Shown here: one piece after another, positions 55,487 through 64,000 of the stretch | Position numbering within the stretch: the first letter of the stretch is position 1 | Layout: the number at the start of each line of letters is the position of its first letter | IMG/VR virus record: IMGVR_UViG_3300036715_002161 | Coordinates: 32,001 to 96,000 of that record | Strand: one strand, 5' to 3' | Source of the DNA: a virus | DNA: 64,000 bases | Program-made: the position numbers and the translations under genes | Notes under the pieces: model-generated | Seen by the model: the letters and a program-made list of their open reading frames with translations, nothing else | The model's database searches: none | Told to the model about the DNA's origin: nothing

Positions 55487-55783
55487 ATGGCCCTAGTACA
55501 AACAGCAGTTAGATTTTTCCTCCAAAATGAGCCCAGGTACTGGACTGTGGACAACAGACCTTTGACTGACCTTGACTCTAATGTCAAAAGTATTGTCACT
55601 GAAATCGGATTGATAGAGGCCACTGGAGTTCTTGGGATGAAGTTTTATACAGGAGTAGGGTCTCCTGAGGGAGTAATTACGGCCTCAGTAGGCTCTCTCT
55701 ACGTAAGGTCTGACGGTGCAGTCAATACTACTCTTTATGTCAAACAAGTAGGTGCTGGGGCAACAGGTTGGGCGGCCAAATGA
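55487..55783 (+). CDS. small virion protein
   Basis: GSPEGVITASVGSLYVRSDG..TTLYVK..G...TGW motif. Confidence 0.6.
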   Translation: MALVQTAVRFFLQNEPRYWTVDNRPLTDLDSNVKSIVTEIGLIEATGVLGMKFYTGVGSPEGVITASVGSLYVRSDGAVNTTLYVKQVGAGATGWAAK

Positions 55784-56391
55784 TTACTCCTGAGCTTTTA
55801 CAAAAATGTTTAGGTCTTAATGGAGCTCAGGCAAAAATCTGGTCTGCCGTCTTGGGATATGTCTGCCTGAAGTTTGAGATAAATACACCTAAAAGACAAG
55901 CTGCCTTCCTGGCTCAAGTAGTGGTAGAATCCGAGTCCTTTACTCATTTGTCTGAAAATTTAAACTATTCTGAGATAGGATTATTGACCACTTTTAAAAA
56001 ATACTTTACCAAGGTAGAAGCTGCCAAATACGCCAAAAACAAGGTGGCCATTGCCAATCGAGTCTATGCCTCTAGATTTGGTAACGGTCCAGAAGAGTCT
56101 GGAGATGGCTGGAAATATCGTGGTAGAGGTCTTATTCAGATAACATTCCATGACAACTACCTAGACTGTGGCCTAGGGCTTGGAGTAGATCTATTAAATA
56201 ATCCAGAACTACTGGAGACGCCAAATTTGGCTGCCTCCTCTGCCGCCTGGTATTGGAAGAAACACGGCTGTAATGCCCTGGCTGACACAGATGACTTCCG
56301 ATCAATTACCAAGGTTATTAACGGTGGTTTAAACGATGAAGACCAGAGAGAGTCCTTCTGGGGTAAAATAAGACAGGAGATGAAAATATGA
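55780..56391 (+). CDS. glycoside hydrolase family 19 endolysin
   Basis: AAFLAQ..ES...ENLNYS...GDGWKYRGRGLIQIT...INGG. Confidence 0.9.
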   Translation: MITPELLQKCLGLNGAQAKIWSAVLGYVCLKFEINTPKRQAAFLAQVVVESESFTHLSENLNYSEIGLLTTFKKYFTKVEAAKYAKNKVAIANRVYASRFGNGPEESGDGWKYRGRGLIQITFHDNYLDCGLGLGVDLLNNPELLETPNLAASSAAWYWKKHGCNALADTDDFRSITKVINGGLNDEDQRESFWGKIRQEMKI

Positions 56392-56612
56392 AAATTCTAA
56401 AAGATAGTTTTACAGTTGCCAATGGCCAAGATTTTGATATTGGTAAAATTCTCTGGGTCATGGTATCATTAACTTTTATGGTGCTTGCAATCTTTTCAAT
56501 ATTGCTAAAAGGTCAAGCGTTTGACCCAGTTGGATTTGGTACCGGCGCTGGATTGGTCTTGGCTGGTGGTGGAGCCGCCCTAGGACTTAAGTCTGGAACA
56601 GAACCTAAATGA
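56388..56612 (+). CDS. putative holin
   Basis: 74 aa, two TM segments, coupled to endolysin. Confidence 0.55.
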   Translation: MKILKDSFTVANGQDFDIGKILWVMVSLTFMVLAIFSILLKGQAFDPVGFGTGAGLVLAGGGAALGLKSGTEPK

Positions 56613-57034
56613 CCGCCTTTAGAAATACTCTAGACCTTTCAAATCCCATGACCCTCTTTACGGGATTTGACCCCTATTATTGGGCTACAGATAATATTCC
56701 TCTGCAACAGCTACATGATAGAGACGCAGCCCTGGCCGATAGAATTGACCTAATCTCAGTAGGTAGAGTAGATGTAACAGGTAATGGCACAGCCTCCCCG
56801 GTAATAAATGCACTACCCACAGGTTGGGCTGTGACCCGTAACGGAACTGGTGACTATACCATTACCCATAGCTTATCGACTCTATTATATTCAGTTATGT
56901 CAAGTTGTCAAAGTACGACGCCGGCGTTTGTAAATCAATATGCAGCCTCCGCTAACACTTGTAGTATTCGTACATATAACCTGAGCGGGGCTGTAACTGA
57001 TATGCAATTTTCTTTATTGATAACCAGACTATGA
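56609..57034 (+). CDS. virion protein
   Basis: YYWATDNIPL (cf. 55487 gene), VTRNGTGDYTITH motif. Confidence 0.55.
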   Translation: MTAFRNTLDLSNPMTLFTGFDPYYWATDNIPLQQLHDRDAALADRIDLISVGRVDVTGNGTASPVINALPTGWAVTRNGTGDYTITHSLSTLLYSVMSSCQSTTPAFVNQYAASANTCSIRTYNLSGAVTDMQFSLLITRL

Positions 57035-57408
57035 ATCCCTATTTGCTATATATTAAGTGGGCAGTGCTCGTTGTTTTTGTATTGGTCTTGGTTGGTTTTG
57101 GCTATCATCTAGGCTCCAATCATTATGGTCCAATTATTGCCGACCTTACTGAAAAAGTAGAGGCGGCCAAGGATGCCCAGACTGCCTTGTCTCTTTCTCT
57201 AGAGGCTCAAACCCAGAATGCCGAAACGGCCAAAAAACAGGCCGATCTTGCCTTGGAAAATAGTAAGGCGGCCTTGGCTGCGGCCCGCAAGAGTCAGCAG
57301 AAGGCCTTAGACGAAATAGCTTTCTACAAAAGAGAGGTGGCTGACCCTAGAGGTCGCACCTGTTCCCAGGCAGTATTAGAAATAAAGGACAATATAAATG
57401 TTAAATAA
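57031..57408 (+). CDS. i-spanin (Rz-like)
   Basis: N-terminal TM, coiled coil, C-terminal Cys; overlaps lipoprotein gene. Confidence 0.7.
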   Translation: MNPYLLYIKWAVLVVFVLVLVGFGYHLGSNHYGPIIADLTEKVEAAKDAQTALSLSLEAQTQNAETAKKQADLALENSKAALAAARKSQQKALDEIAFYKREVADPRGRTCSQAVLEIKDNINVK

Positions 57409-57670
57409 AATTATACCTTTTCTCTTTTTAAGTCTGTGCTCCTGTGCTCAACCCGTAAGACCCAATGTAGTACCTCAGATTGTAAAAGTAGAAGTACCCG
57501 TTCCGTGTGTAGTTCCGGCTGTAGAAGAACCAGTATTTATAACAGATGCTGAATTAGCCACTATGTCAGACTACCAAGTAATAATTTCCCTATGGGTAGA
57601 CCATAAAGAGAGAAAGAATTATATTGAGGAACTTAAAGCCTCGAACAAAGGTTGTTCGGGGTTAAAATAG
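57398..57670 (+). CDS. o-spanin (Rz1-like lipoprotein)
   Basis: Lipobox LCSC, Pro-rich VEVPVPC. Confidence 0.75.
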   Translation: MLNKIIPFLFLSLCSCAQPVRPNVVPQIVKVEVPVPCVVPAVEEPVFITDAELATMSDYQVIISLWVDHKERKNYIEELKASNKGCSGLK

Positions 57671-57702
57671 AGTAGTAAATTAACCAATAGGATATTATCA
57701 AA

Positions 57703-58350
57703 ATGGCAGGAACAAGCGATTACTTACAGAATAAACTCATTGACTTTGAACTTAGAGGTCAGGCTTTTACTCCCACACCGACTATTTATATAGGCATTAT
57801 GACTTGTACCAATGGAGCTCGAACCAGTGGCATAGCCCTAGCCCTCAATGCTACAATTAGTATGGTTGCTGCTGACGGGTTTAATCATTTATATAAGACC
57901 ACTGTTGCTGGTAATACTGCCGTAACTGCTCCTCTTTTCCCAGGTGTTCCTGGAGAGACTATTACTGATGGTACCTGTACTTTGGTAGAACAGTCTGCAT
58001 CAATTCAGAATGGTACTGCCGTCGTGGAACCTACCGGTATTGGTAGCTATCAGCGAGCTTCTGTGTCAACCTCCATGGCTACTTTTAATAATACGCAGGC
58101 CTCTGGTACGGCTGTGGCCAGCTCAGGGACCTCCTCTACTACTTCAAATACCAATACAATTTCTTTTGTGGCTGCAACTGCTGCATGGACCTCTGGTACA
58201 ACCCAAGCTTGGGGTTTTGCCATTTTCGATGCCTTGTCTGGGGGTAACCTCCTACGCTATGGCGGCCTAAATGCAAACCAGGTTATTAACTCTGGAAATA
58301 CCCTGACCTTTGCCCCCGGTACCTTGGTTATAAAAATTGATAATGCCTAA
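57703..58350 (+). CDS. virion/tail fibre-associated structural protein
   Basis: SDYLQNKLID...FAIFDALSGGNLL.YG.L...F.PG.L motif. Confidence 0.65.
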   Translation: MAGTSDYLQNKLIDFELRGQAFTPTPTIYIGIMTCTNGARTSGIALALNATISMVAADGFNHLYKTTVAGNTAVTAPLFPGVPGETITDGTCTLVEQSASIQNGTAVVEPTGIGSYQRASVSTSMATFNNTQASGTAVASSGTSSTTSNTNTISFVAATAAWTSGTTQAWGFAIFDALSGGNLLRYGGLNANQVINSGNTLTFAPGTLVIKIDNA

Positions 58351-58386
58351 TATATCGGTTATAGATATAGATAACGACTAATATAA

Positions 58387-59613
58387 ATGATATTTGCAGC
58401 GACCTCATTCAGTACTAATTCGTTTAGTACTACTGGAACGGTGATGGTTGCCATATCTGGTAGTTCAAACTCTAGGGCCTATGGCTCTGGAGTTCCTATT
58501 AATTCTGTACTGGCCATAGGCCAGACCAATTCTAATAGTAGTTTGGCTGGAACGTTGGCCAAACAAGTAGCCATACTAGGCACGTCTAACTCCAATAGCA
58601 ATAGTTTTGTATCCCTCCCAACCCAGGCCTCTGGAGTTTCTGGGCAAGATACTTTGGCGTCTGCTCCATATTCTACAGTCAGCTTTGGTACTAGTATTGA
58701 TCTAGGCCTAATTAATATTTCTGGTATTATAGGTCAAAACTCAAACGGCTTAGCTTCAGTCTCTAGTATAAACCTTATTTCCGGTACGGCTGGTCAGTCA
58801 TCTAGCTCTACGGCCCAGTTTTTTACAATTACAACTAACTACATTTCCGGTACGGCTGTCCAGTCATCTAGTTCTACGGCCCAGTTTTTTACAATTACAA
58901 CTAACTACATTTCCGGGGTAGGGGGGCAAGTTTCATCAGGGTCAGGGGACTCGTCCAACCTGTCTTTTATCTCAGGACTAACTAGTCAAGTTCAAACTCA
59001 AGGTGCTGACAGTTTCTTGATAACCACCCCTTCTGGAGTTTCTGGCCAAAGAAGTGTAATGGCAGGGGACCTGTTCAATCCTGTGTTTATTACCACTGAC
59101 GGATCAGGTCAAACATCCTCTGGAAAAGGAACTGGAGTAATACCAACATGGATTAATCCAGGTCTCTCTAGTCAAGAAACAGTTTCTTTTGGAGATCTGG
59201 TAGTCGGAACTTTTATTGATCTGATACCGGTCTCAACTATACCTACTCAAATAGGAGAGGGTCCAGTTGTCTATCCAGTAGATCAAGACCTGGTTATATA
59301 CTCTGGGATTACTAGTAAGTTTCAGTTTGCCTATGTAGACCCCTTGTCTCTGCTACCAATCACCCTTGGTGGAGTAGAGGCGGTATTTGAGATAAGTAAT
59401 ATCAAAGATCAGTATAATATCATTTATACTCTGAGTACCCAAACAGGTGAGTTACAAATAGATCCTGTTTTCGGAGTAATCACCATTAATTTCTCTTCAG
59501 ATTTCACAGGTAGTACTGACCCTTTTTATGGTCTCTATAGGCTAAGACTGATAGCCTCCGGTACCAGTCTTCAAATCCTTAAAGGATTTATTTTATTGGA
59601 TGGGGCACCATGA
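58387..59613 (+). CDS. Ser/Gly-rich virion structural protein
   Basis: Repetitive ISG..GQ units; adaptor-like C-terminus. Confidence 0.55.
   Translation: MIFAATSFSTNSFSTTGTVMVAISGSSNSRAYGSGVPINSVLAIGQTNSNSSLAGTLAKQVAILGTSNSNSNSFVSLPTQASGVSGQDTLASAPYSTVSFGTSIDLGLINISGIIGQNSNGLASVSSINLISGTAGQSSSSTAQFFTITTNYISGTAVQSSSSTAQFFTITTNYISGVGGQVSSGSGDSSNLSFISGLTSQVQTQGADSFLITTPSGVSGQRSVMAGDLFNPVFITTDGSGQTSSGKGTGVIPTWINPGLSSQETVSFGDLVVGTFIDLIPVSTIPTQIGEGPVVYPVDQDLVIYSGITSKFQFAYVDPLSLLPITLGGVEAVFEISNIKDQYNIIYTLSTQTGELQIDPVFGVITINFSSDFTGSTDPFYGLYRLRLIASGTSLQILKGFILLDGAP
58777..58916 (+). repeat. in-frame 66-bp tandem duplication
   Basis: ISGTA.QSSSSTAQFFTITTNY twice; units start 58777 and 58843. Confidence 0.9.
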
Positions 59614-60101
59614 CAGCTTTGGCGATTCTATTTTGTGGTATATTCGATAGAATGAGGGGTTTCCACTGGAGATTCATGAGTTTCCTCTATGGCCTATTAA
59701 TGGCTTTTATCTTTGGTATTACCTGGAAACTCTCCCTAGTCTTTGCCCTGTTGTGGTGGCTGGGGGCTGCTCCTGGTTGGGGAGAGCCCCTAGGGTCTCT
59801 TTTTGCAGGCAGATTTCAAAAGGTCTCTAGTAGAGAATGGTGGCAGGTACTAGGTCTTCAAAATCCAGGAAATGAACTTTGGGCCTCTTTGTTTAGAGGA
59901 GCCATGTGGGGAGCCTGTATATTACCAATGTCCTACTGGTTTCCAAGACTAGTATTTCTTCCGGTAATAACTGCCCTAGGTTTTGTCCTGGCAGTACCCA
60001 TCGGCAAGTTTTTAGGCCATATCCTAAAAAAAGAATCCTGGGCCACAATGGAATTCGTAAGAGGCCTTTTGATGGGCCTGGGCATATTTATAATAAGCTA
60101 A
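59610..60101 (+). CDS. multi-pass membrane protein
   Basis: Several hydrophobic helices. Confidence 0.6.
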   Translation: MTALAILFCGIFDRMRGFHWRFMSFLYGLLMAFIFGITWKLSLVFALLWWLGAAPGWGEPLGSLFAGRFQKVSSREWWQVLGLQNPGNELWASLFRGAMWGACILPMSYWFPRLVFLPVITALGFVLAVPIGKFLGHILKKESWATMEFVRGLLMGLGIFIIS

Positions 60102-60125
60102 AATAATCACTTAAAGGAAAATTAA

Positions 60126-61436
60126 ATGTCTACTTCATATTCGTACCCAGAAAGAGTCCAACAGTCTGTAACCAACACCCCTGGAACAGGGTCTTTCATC
60201 CTCGGAGCTCCCGTGGTTGGCTTTACCTCCATGGCCGCAGACTCTACTCTTGAATCAGTTATTATTACTGAAGGTAGTACTTGGGAAGTACGTAAAGATT
60301 GTATCTATACTCAAAATAATCTAACCCTGACTCGTGGTACTTTGGTAGCTTCTAGTAGCGGTGGCACCATTACTTTTTCTGGTGCTTGTATTGTAGCAGT
60401 TGGTCTCAGTGGAAGCTCGGAGGGCCTTAAGCAGACCCGGATCAATTCTCTGGAAGGGAAAGTTTCTCAATTTTATACCAACAAAAGTAACTTTCCATCT
60501 CCGACTGGGGTGGTCGATGTTTTATATGTAGACAAATCTACTAATATAATCTGGGTTTGGAACGGCTCTGCCTATGCTTCTACCCCTATGGCAGTAGACG
60601 TCAATAATAACTTTATTGCCCAGATTGCCCCCAGAACTGGGACTATATCTAACTTGATGGGCATATTCAATGCAGCCTCTGGTGAGATTGCACGGACTAC
60701 TGACTTTACTGCCAAGGTTTTATATCCAACTACAGTCGGTGGTACACCGGTACTTGAGCCTGCCAACAAATTTATTGGCTATTTGTGGGTGCCGCTCAGT
60801 GGGAATACCGGAATTACCAATAACGGCGCAATTTCACTAAATACTACCGGTGCAATCATAGATCCTAATATTGCCTCTCTTGTCACTGTCAATACTAGTA
60901 ATATAGATTTATCAGCTCTAAATACCCTGTTCACAGGGTATCTCTCACATGTTAATATTTCCGGCAGAATACACTATTCAAGTCAGACCGACTCAGAGGG
61001 CTTTAATAGGGGTGTAAAGGTCCTTATAGGGGGAGCAGCCAATTCTCTTTTCACTAATGCAACACTTACTGTTGAGGCAAGACAAGGCGCATCTTTTAAT
61101 GGTACTATTTCTGGGAATACCTTGACAGTAACCGGTGTGTTTTATGGTAATATTATTATTGGCTCTGTTATTGCTGGGACTGGGGTTACTGCTGGTAGTA
61201 AAATCACAGCCTATGGCGCAACTCCTGGGCAGTATACTCTATCGGCAGCAAGCACAGTATCCACTGCAACCAAAATGACCATAGACAGTAGGGACACTAT
61301 AATCAATATTAATGAGAATTTAGATATGACTGCTCCTACTAACTTTTTAGGCTTTTCTGCAAACCATAATGCCGTTACCCTAATGCCCAACATATCAACT
61401 GCCGGGTACATTACCATCTCAATCTACTCGATATAA
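60126..61436 (+). CDS. tail fibre/spike-like protein
   Basis: ERVQQS...GTG.F.LG...GF...WEV; GTISGNTLTVT...GTGVTAG..I motif. Confidence 0.6.
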   Translation: MSTSYSYPERVQQSVTNTPGTGSFILGAPVVGFTSMAADSTLESVIITEGSTWEVRKDCIYTQNNLTLTRGTLVASSSGGTITFSGACIVAVGLSGSSEGLKQTRINSLEGKVSQFYTNKSNFPSPTGVVDVLYVDKSTNIIWVWNGSAYASTPMAVDVNNNFIAQIAPRTGTISNLMGIFNAASGEIARTTDFTAKVLYPTTVGGTPVLEPANKFIGYLWVPLSGNTGITNNGAISLNTTGAIIDPNIASLVTVNTSNIDLSALNTLFTGYLSHVNISGRIHYSSQTDSEGFNRGVKVLIGGAANSLFTNATLTVEARQGASFNGTISGNTLTVTGVFYGNIIIGSVIAGTGVTAGSKITAYGATPGQYTLSAASTVSTATKMTIDSRDTIININENLDMTAPTNFLGFSANHNAVTLMPNISTAGYITISIYSI

Positions 61437-61439
61437 TGA

Positions 61440-62756
61440 ATGAATATTCTATTCTCTCCCGGGGCTCCTTTAATAAGGGGTTTTAATCCACAAGATGATT
61501 TTACTTACACCGTCACGCAAAACCCTGGTGCTGCCGTAACCACCACCACTAGTGGACAATTATATGATGCTAATGTAACTCATTACTATAACTCAGGTAT
61601 TCCAAATAACTTTGACATCTCCATACAGCAGTCTCTTACTAACCCGATCAAGTCTATGTCGATTACCCCTGTTCCACCGACTTTGGCAACCATAGACTTG
61701 CAAGGTCATGTTACCTATAGTGGCCAGGAAACGGCTGTTTTTGAAATACAATCAGGAGGTATAACCCGCCGTTACTTTCAATGGATGCAGTCTATCGGAT
61801 TCGTAGATAACTATTACACTACCAGCTACTTGCCAAACTCCCTTGGTGAACATATAAGTTCGTCAACGGATGCTCTCCTGATTGGAAAAGTGGCGCAAGG
61901 ACAAACTAGCGGCTTGGCTTGGAATCTGAGTTACCCACAATCAGGTGGTAGTCAGAACCGACTGCTAAATTGTAACTATGATGTAAATGCTATAGCGGCT
62001 GATATTAACCCTAACTTTTTTGGTAAGGATATTTTAAATATCTCAGCAGTAGGCATTGTCAATACTCATGGTAGTACCGTCTTCAACGAACATCCGGGAC
62101 TGTTGATTACACCAAGGCATATCTTTGGTGCCAACCACTACCAAACTGGAAATGGTGTAATCGGCTCTAAAATAGTATTTATGGCTAACGATGGTAGTTT
62201 CCAAGTCAGAACCCTGATTGATAAATGGTCAGATTCAGGTAGAGATCATTGGCTCGGATACTTAGACGCCCCAGTAACAGGTATACCTGTTTTGAAAATC
62301 ATGCCAACTGGTTGGAGAACATACTTTAAAAGCCTCGATACCTCATTAGGTCCATATAAGGGTATAGTTGCTGTAATAAGTAAAACCACGCATCTAGCCA
62401 ATGGTACTGGTAACAGTGACCGTTGGGCAGTCAATGACTATCAGCAGTATATAATAAATTTTAGTGGTAGCGTCTGGGATTTTACTTCATGTGATACATC
62501 AACCTCTAGTCCAAGAAGTACATGGAATAGTCTCATCTCCGGTGGGGATAGTGGTGGAGGAGTGTTCCTCCTCGTACAAAATTCACTGGTATTGATTAGT
62601 GCCTATGTATTTCCTGGAGGAGGTTACTCTATAGAACAAAATTCATCTAGACTTGAATCCCAGATGCTCCTGCTCAGTACTAATAATGGTGGTAGTACTG
62701 CCGCTGTTGACAATACGTTTACCCGAGCCGATCTAAGTTCATTTACGACGTATTAG
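61440..62756 (+). CDS. trypsin-like serine protease domain protein (probably virion-associated)
   Basis: LITPRHIFGANH, D in RDHWLG, GGDSGG. Confidence 0.65.
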   Translation: MNILFSPGAPLIRGFNPQDDFTYTVTQNPGAAVTTTTSGQLYDANVTHYYNSGIPNNFDISIQQSLTNPIKSMSITPVPPTLATIDLQGHVTYSGQETAVFEIQSGGITRRYFQWMQSIGFVDNYYTTSYLPNSLGEHISSSTDALLIGKVAQGQTSGLAWNLSYPQSGGSQNRLLNCNYDVNAIAADINPNFFGKDILNISAVGIVNTHGSTVFNEHPGLLITPRHIFGANHYQTGNGVIGSKIVFMANDGSFQVRTLIDKWSDSGRDHWLGYLDAPVTGIPVLKIMPTGWRTYFKSLDTSLGPYKGIVAVISKTTHLANGTGNSDRWAVNDYQQYIINFSGSVWDFTSCDTSTSSPRSTWNSLISGGDSGGGVFLLVQNSLVLISAYVFPGGGYSIEQNSSRLESQMLLLSTNNGGSTAAVDNTFTRADLSSFTTY

Positions 62757-62954
62757 ACCAGGTGGAAAAGTGTAAGGTATGCCTTGTATGTTCAATCCTG
62801 ATTTCCGAATGTGAAGACACCGGAGATGCTTCAGCCAGAGTTAAGGAAGTTTTATCACGAATCTACTCAAACCACAAAGAAGAAATAGATGTCTTAATGG
62901 CTGAAAAAAATCTCTCTGAAGTAGAATTCAAGTCTACCACGACCTACTCTTAGC

Positions 62955-62986
62955 TAAAAAAAACGCCCAAACCACGGGCATTTTTT
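62955..62986. terminator. bidirectional terminator
   Basis: A-tract-GCCC..GGGC-T-tract between convergent genes. Confidence 0.6.
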
Positions 62987-63724
62987 CTAGATTTCTACTA
63001 CCAATTCCTGGATATATTCAGGGTTTAGCCTTATAGGTTCATATCCATAAGGGTTACAGATAACTCTGGTTTCTCCGATTTTATAGTCAAAGGAGTCATG
63101 AGTATGCCCGTGAATCCAGACCTCCGGTTGGTACTCCATAATCAATCTATCCAGGCTATTACTAAAGCAGTCATTTAAAAGGTCTCCTTTAAATCTGGCC
63201 GGAATGGATTGAAGACTAGGAGTATGATGGGTCACCACTACAGTTTTAACCTTAGTATCCAAGGCATCTTTCAAGAACTCGACAGTATTACTGTTCTCTA
63301 GTACTGTGTCTTCTACCCTAAGTCCTTTAATAACCCTATAATCTGAGAAGTATTTCTGGACTTCCCACTTTCTAGGCTCTTCTATATTAGTCCAAAGAGT
63401 GTCTCCGATAAATCTAATCCCTTCGAAGAAAAACTCATCTCCAGCCTGTAGGATCACACAGTTGGATAGGTCAGAGTATCTTTTTTTAAAGGCTTCCTTG
63501 GAGTATTGACTTCCGTAAAACTCGTGATTACCCGACACCATGACAAAAGTCTTGTCTGGATTCTCAATAAAGATTTCTCTGAGGCGATCTATAGACTCAT
63601 GGCTGGAGGAGGTCATATCCCCGGCCATGACAACCAAGTCTGCCTCTTTGCTAATAGTAATCCCTAGACTATCAATAGGTCTAAGAAATTCAAGATGGAC
63701 ATCTGACATTACTTGAAACTTCAT
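62987..63724 (-). CDS. calcineurin-like metallophosphoesterase
   Basis: SDVHLE, AGD, GNHE, THH.P, HGHTH. Confidence 0.9.
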   Translation of the reverse strand: MKFQVMSDVHLEFLRPIDSLGITISKEADLVVMAGDMTSSSHESIDRLREIFIENPDKTFVMVSGNHEFYGSQYSKEAFKKRYSDLSNCVILQAGDEFFFEGIRFIGDTLWTNIEEPRKWEVQKYFSDYRVIKGLRVEDTVLENSNTVEFLKDALDTKVKTVVVTHHTPSLQSIPARFKGDLLNDCFSNSLDRLIMEYQPEVWIHGHTHDSFDYKIGETRVICNPYGYEPIRLNPEYIQELVVEI

Positions 63725-63995
63725 TTTTTTCTCCTGCTAAAAATTCGCCCAAAAGAGCTGAATAGGCTGCTGCATCAACATAGTCATCAGCCCTAAAAGA
63801 ACCTTGACGACCACGTACTAGTTTTAATAATATCATAAACTCCCAGCCTTCGGCCTCTGTAAGTAAATGGCCAGTAAGGGAATTGAATACCTCGACTATG
63901 GTCTTCATACTACGTTCACCTTCTGGTTTATCTCGTTGACTACCTCGGTCTTTCATTTCAGAGGCAGCCTTCTCTAGGAAGTTAATTGCTTTCAT
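63690..63995 (-). CDS. DUF6378-like phage protein
   Basis: RG...D...ERSM...GW.FM.LLKLVR...D.YVDAAAY.AL. Confidence 0.65.
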   Translation of the reverse strand: MKAINFLEKAASEMKDRGSQRDKPEGERSMKTIVEVFNSLTGHLLTEAEGWEFMILLKLVRGRQGSFRADDYVDAAAYSALLGEFLAGEKNEVSSNVRCPS

Positions 63996-64000
63996 ATTGT

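Noticed and set aside
1-64000. Alternative genetic code, tRNA or rRNA genes
   Set aside because: Long genes are intact under the standard code with all three stops used; no cloverleaf or rRNA-like sequence noticed by eye

Overview
Fragment of a large tailed phage genome with a contractile tail (myovirus-like, possibly jumbo). Rz/Rz1 spanins indicate a Gram-negative host. The + strand carries late/structural genes: tail sheath, tube, terminase, frameshifted tail chaperone, tape measure, baseplate, fibres, lysis cassette and a sigma factor. Many of them follow a TAAAATA motif placed 4-5 nt before the ATG, suggesting leaderless mRNAs. The - strand carries two early blocks. Block 1 (5.0-23.1 kb) has a DEDDh exonuclease and a retron-type reverse transcriptase, followed by a ~16 kb array of about 45 short accessory ORFs. 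The array is punctuated by ~15 intact, hybrid or collapsed integron attC-like sites, with no integrase in the window. The sites are inverted relative to the ORFs, and the best-preserved ones hold the start codon (often with the Shine-Dalgarno) of the next gene inside their loop. Block 2 (29.9-33.7 kb) is a complete PRTRC-like ubiquitin-type operon (Ubl ending GTKG, E2, JAB, E1). A palindromic, iteron-rich, AT-rich non-coding region at the strand switch (23.15-23.67 kb) is a candidate origin or packaging site. All calls are made by eye from motifs; no database searches were run.
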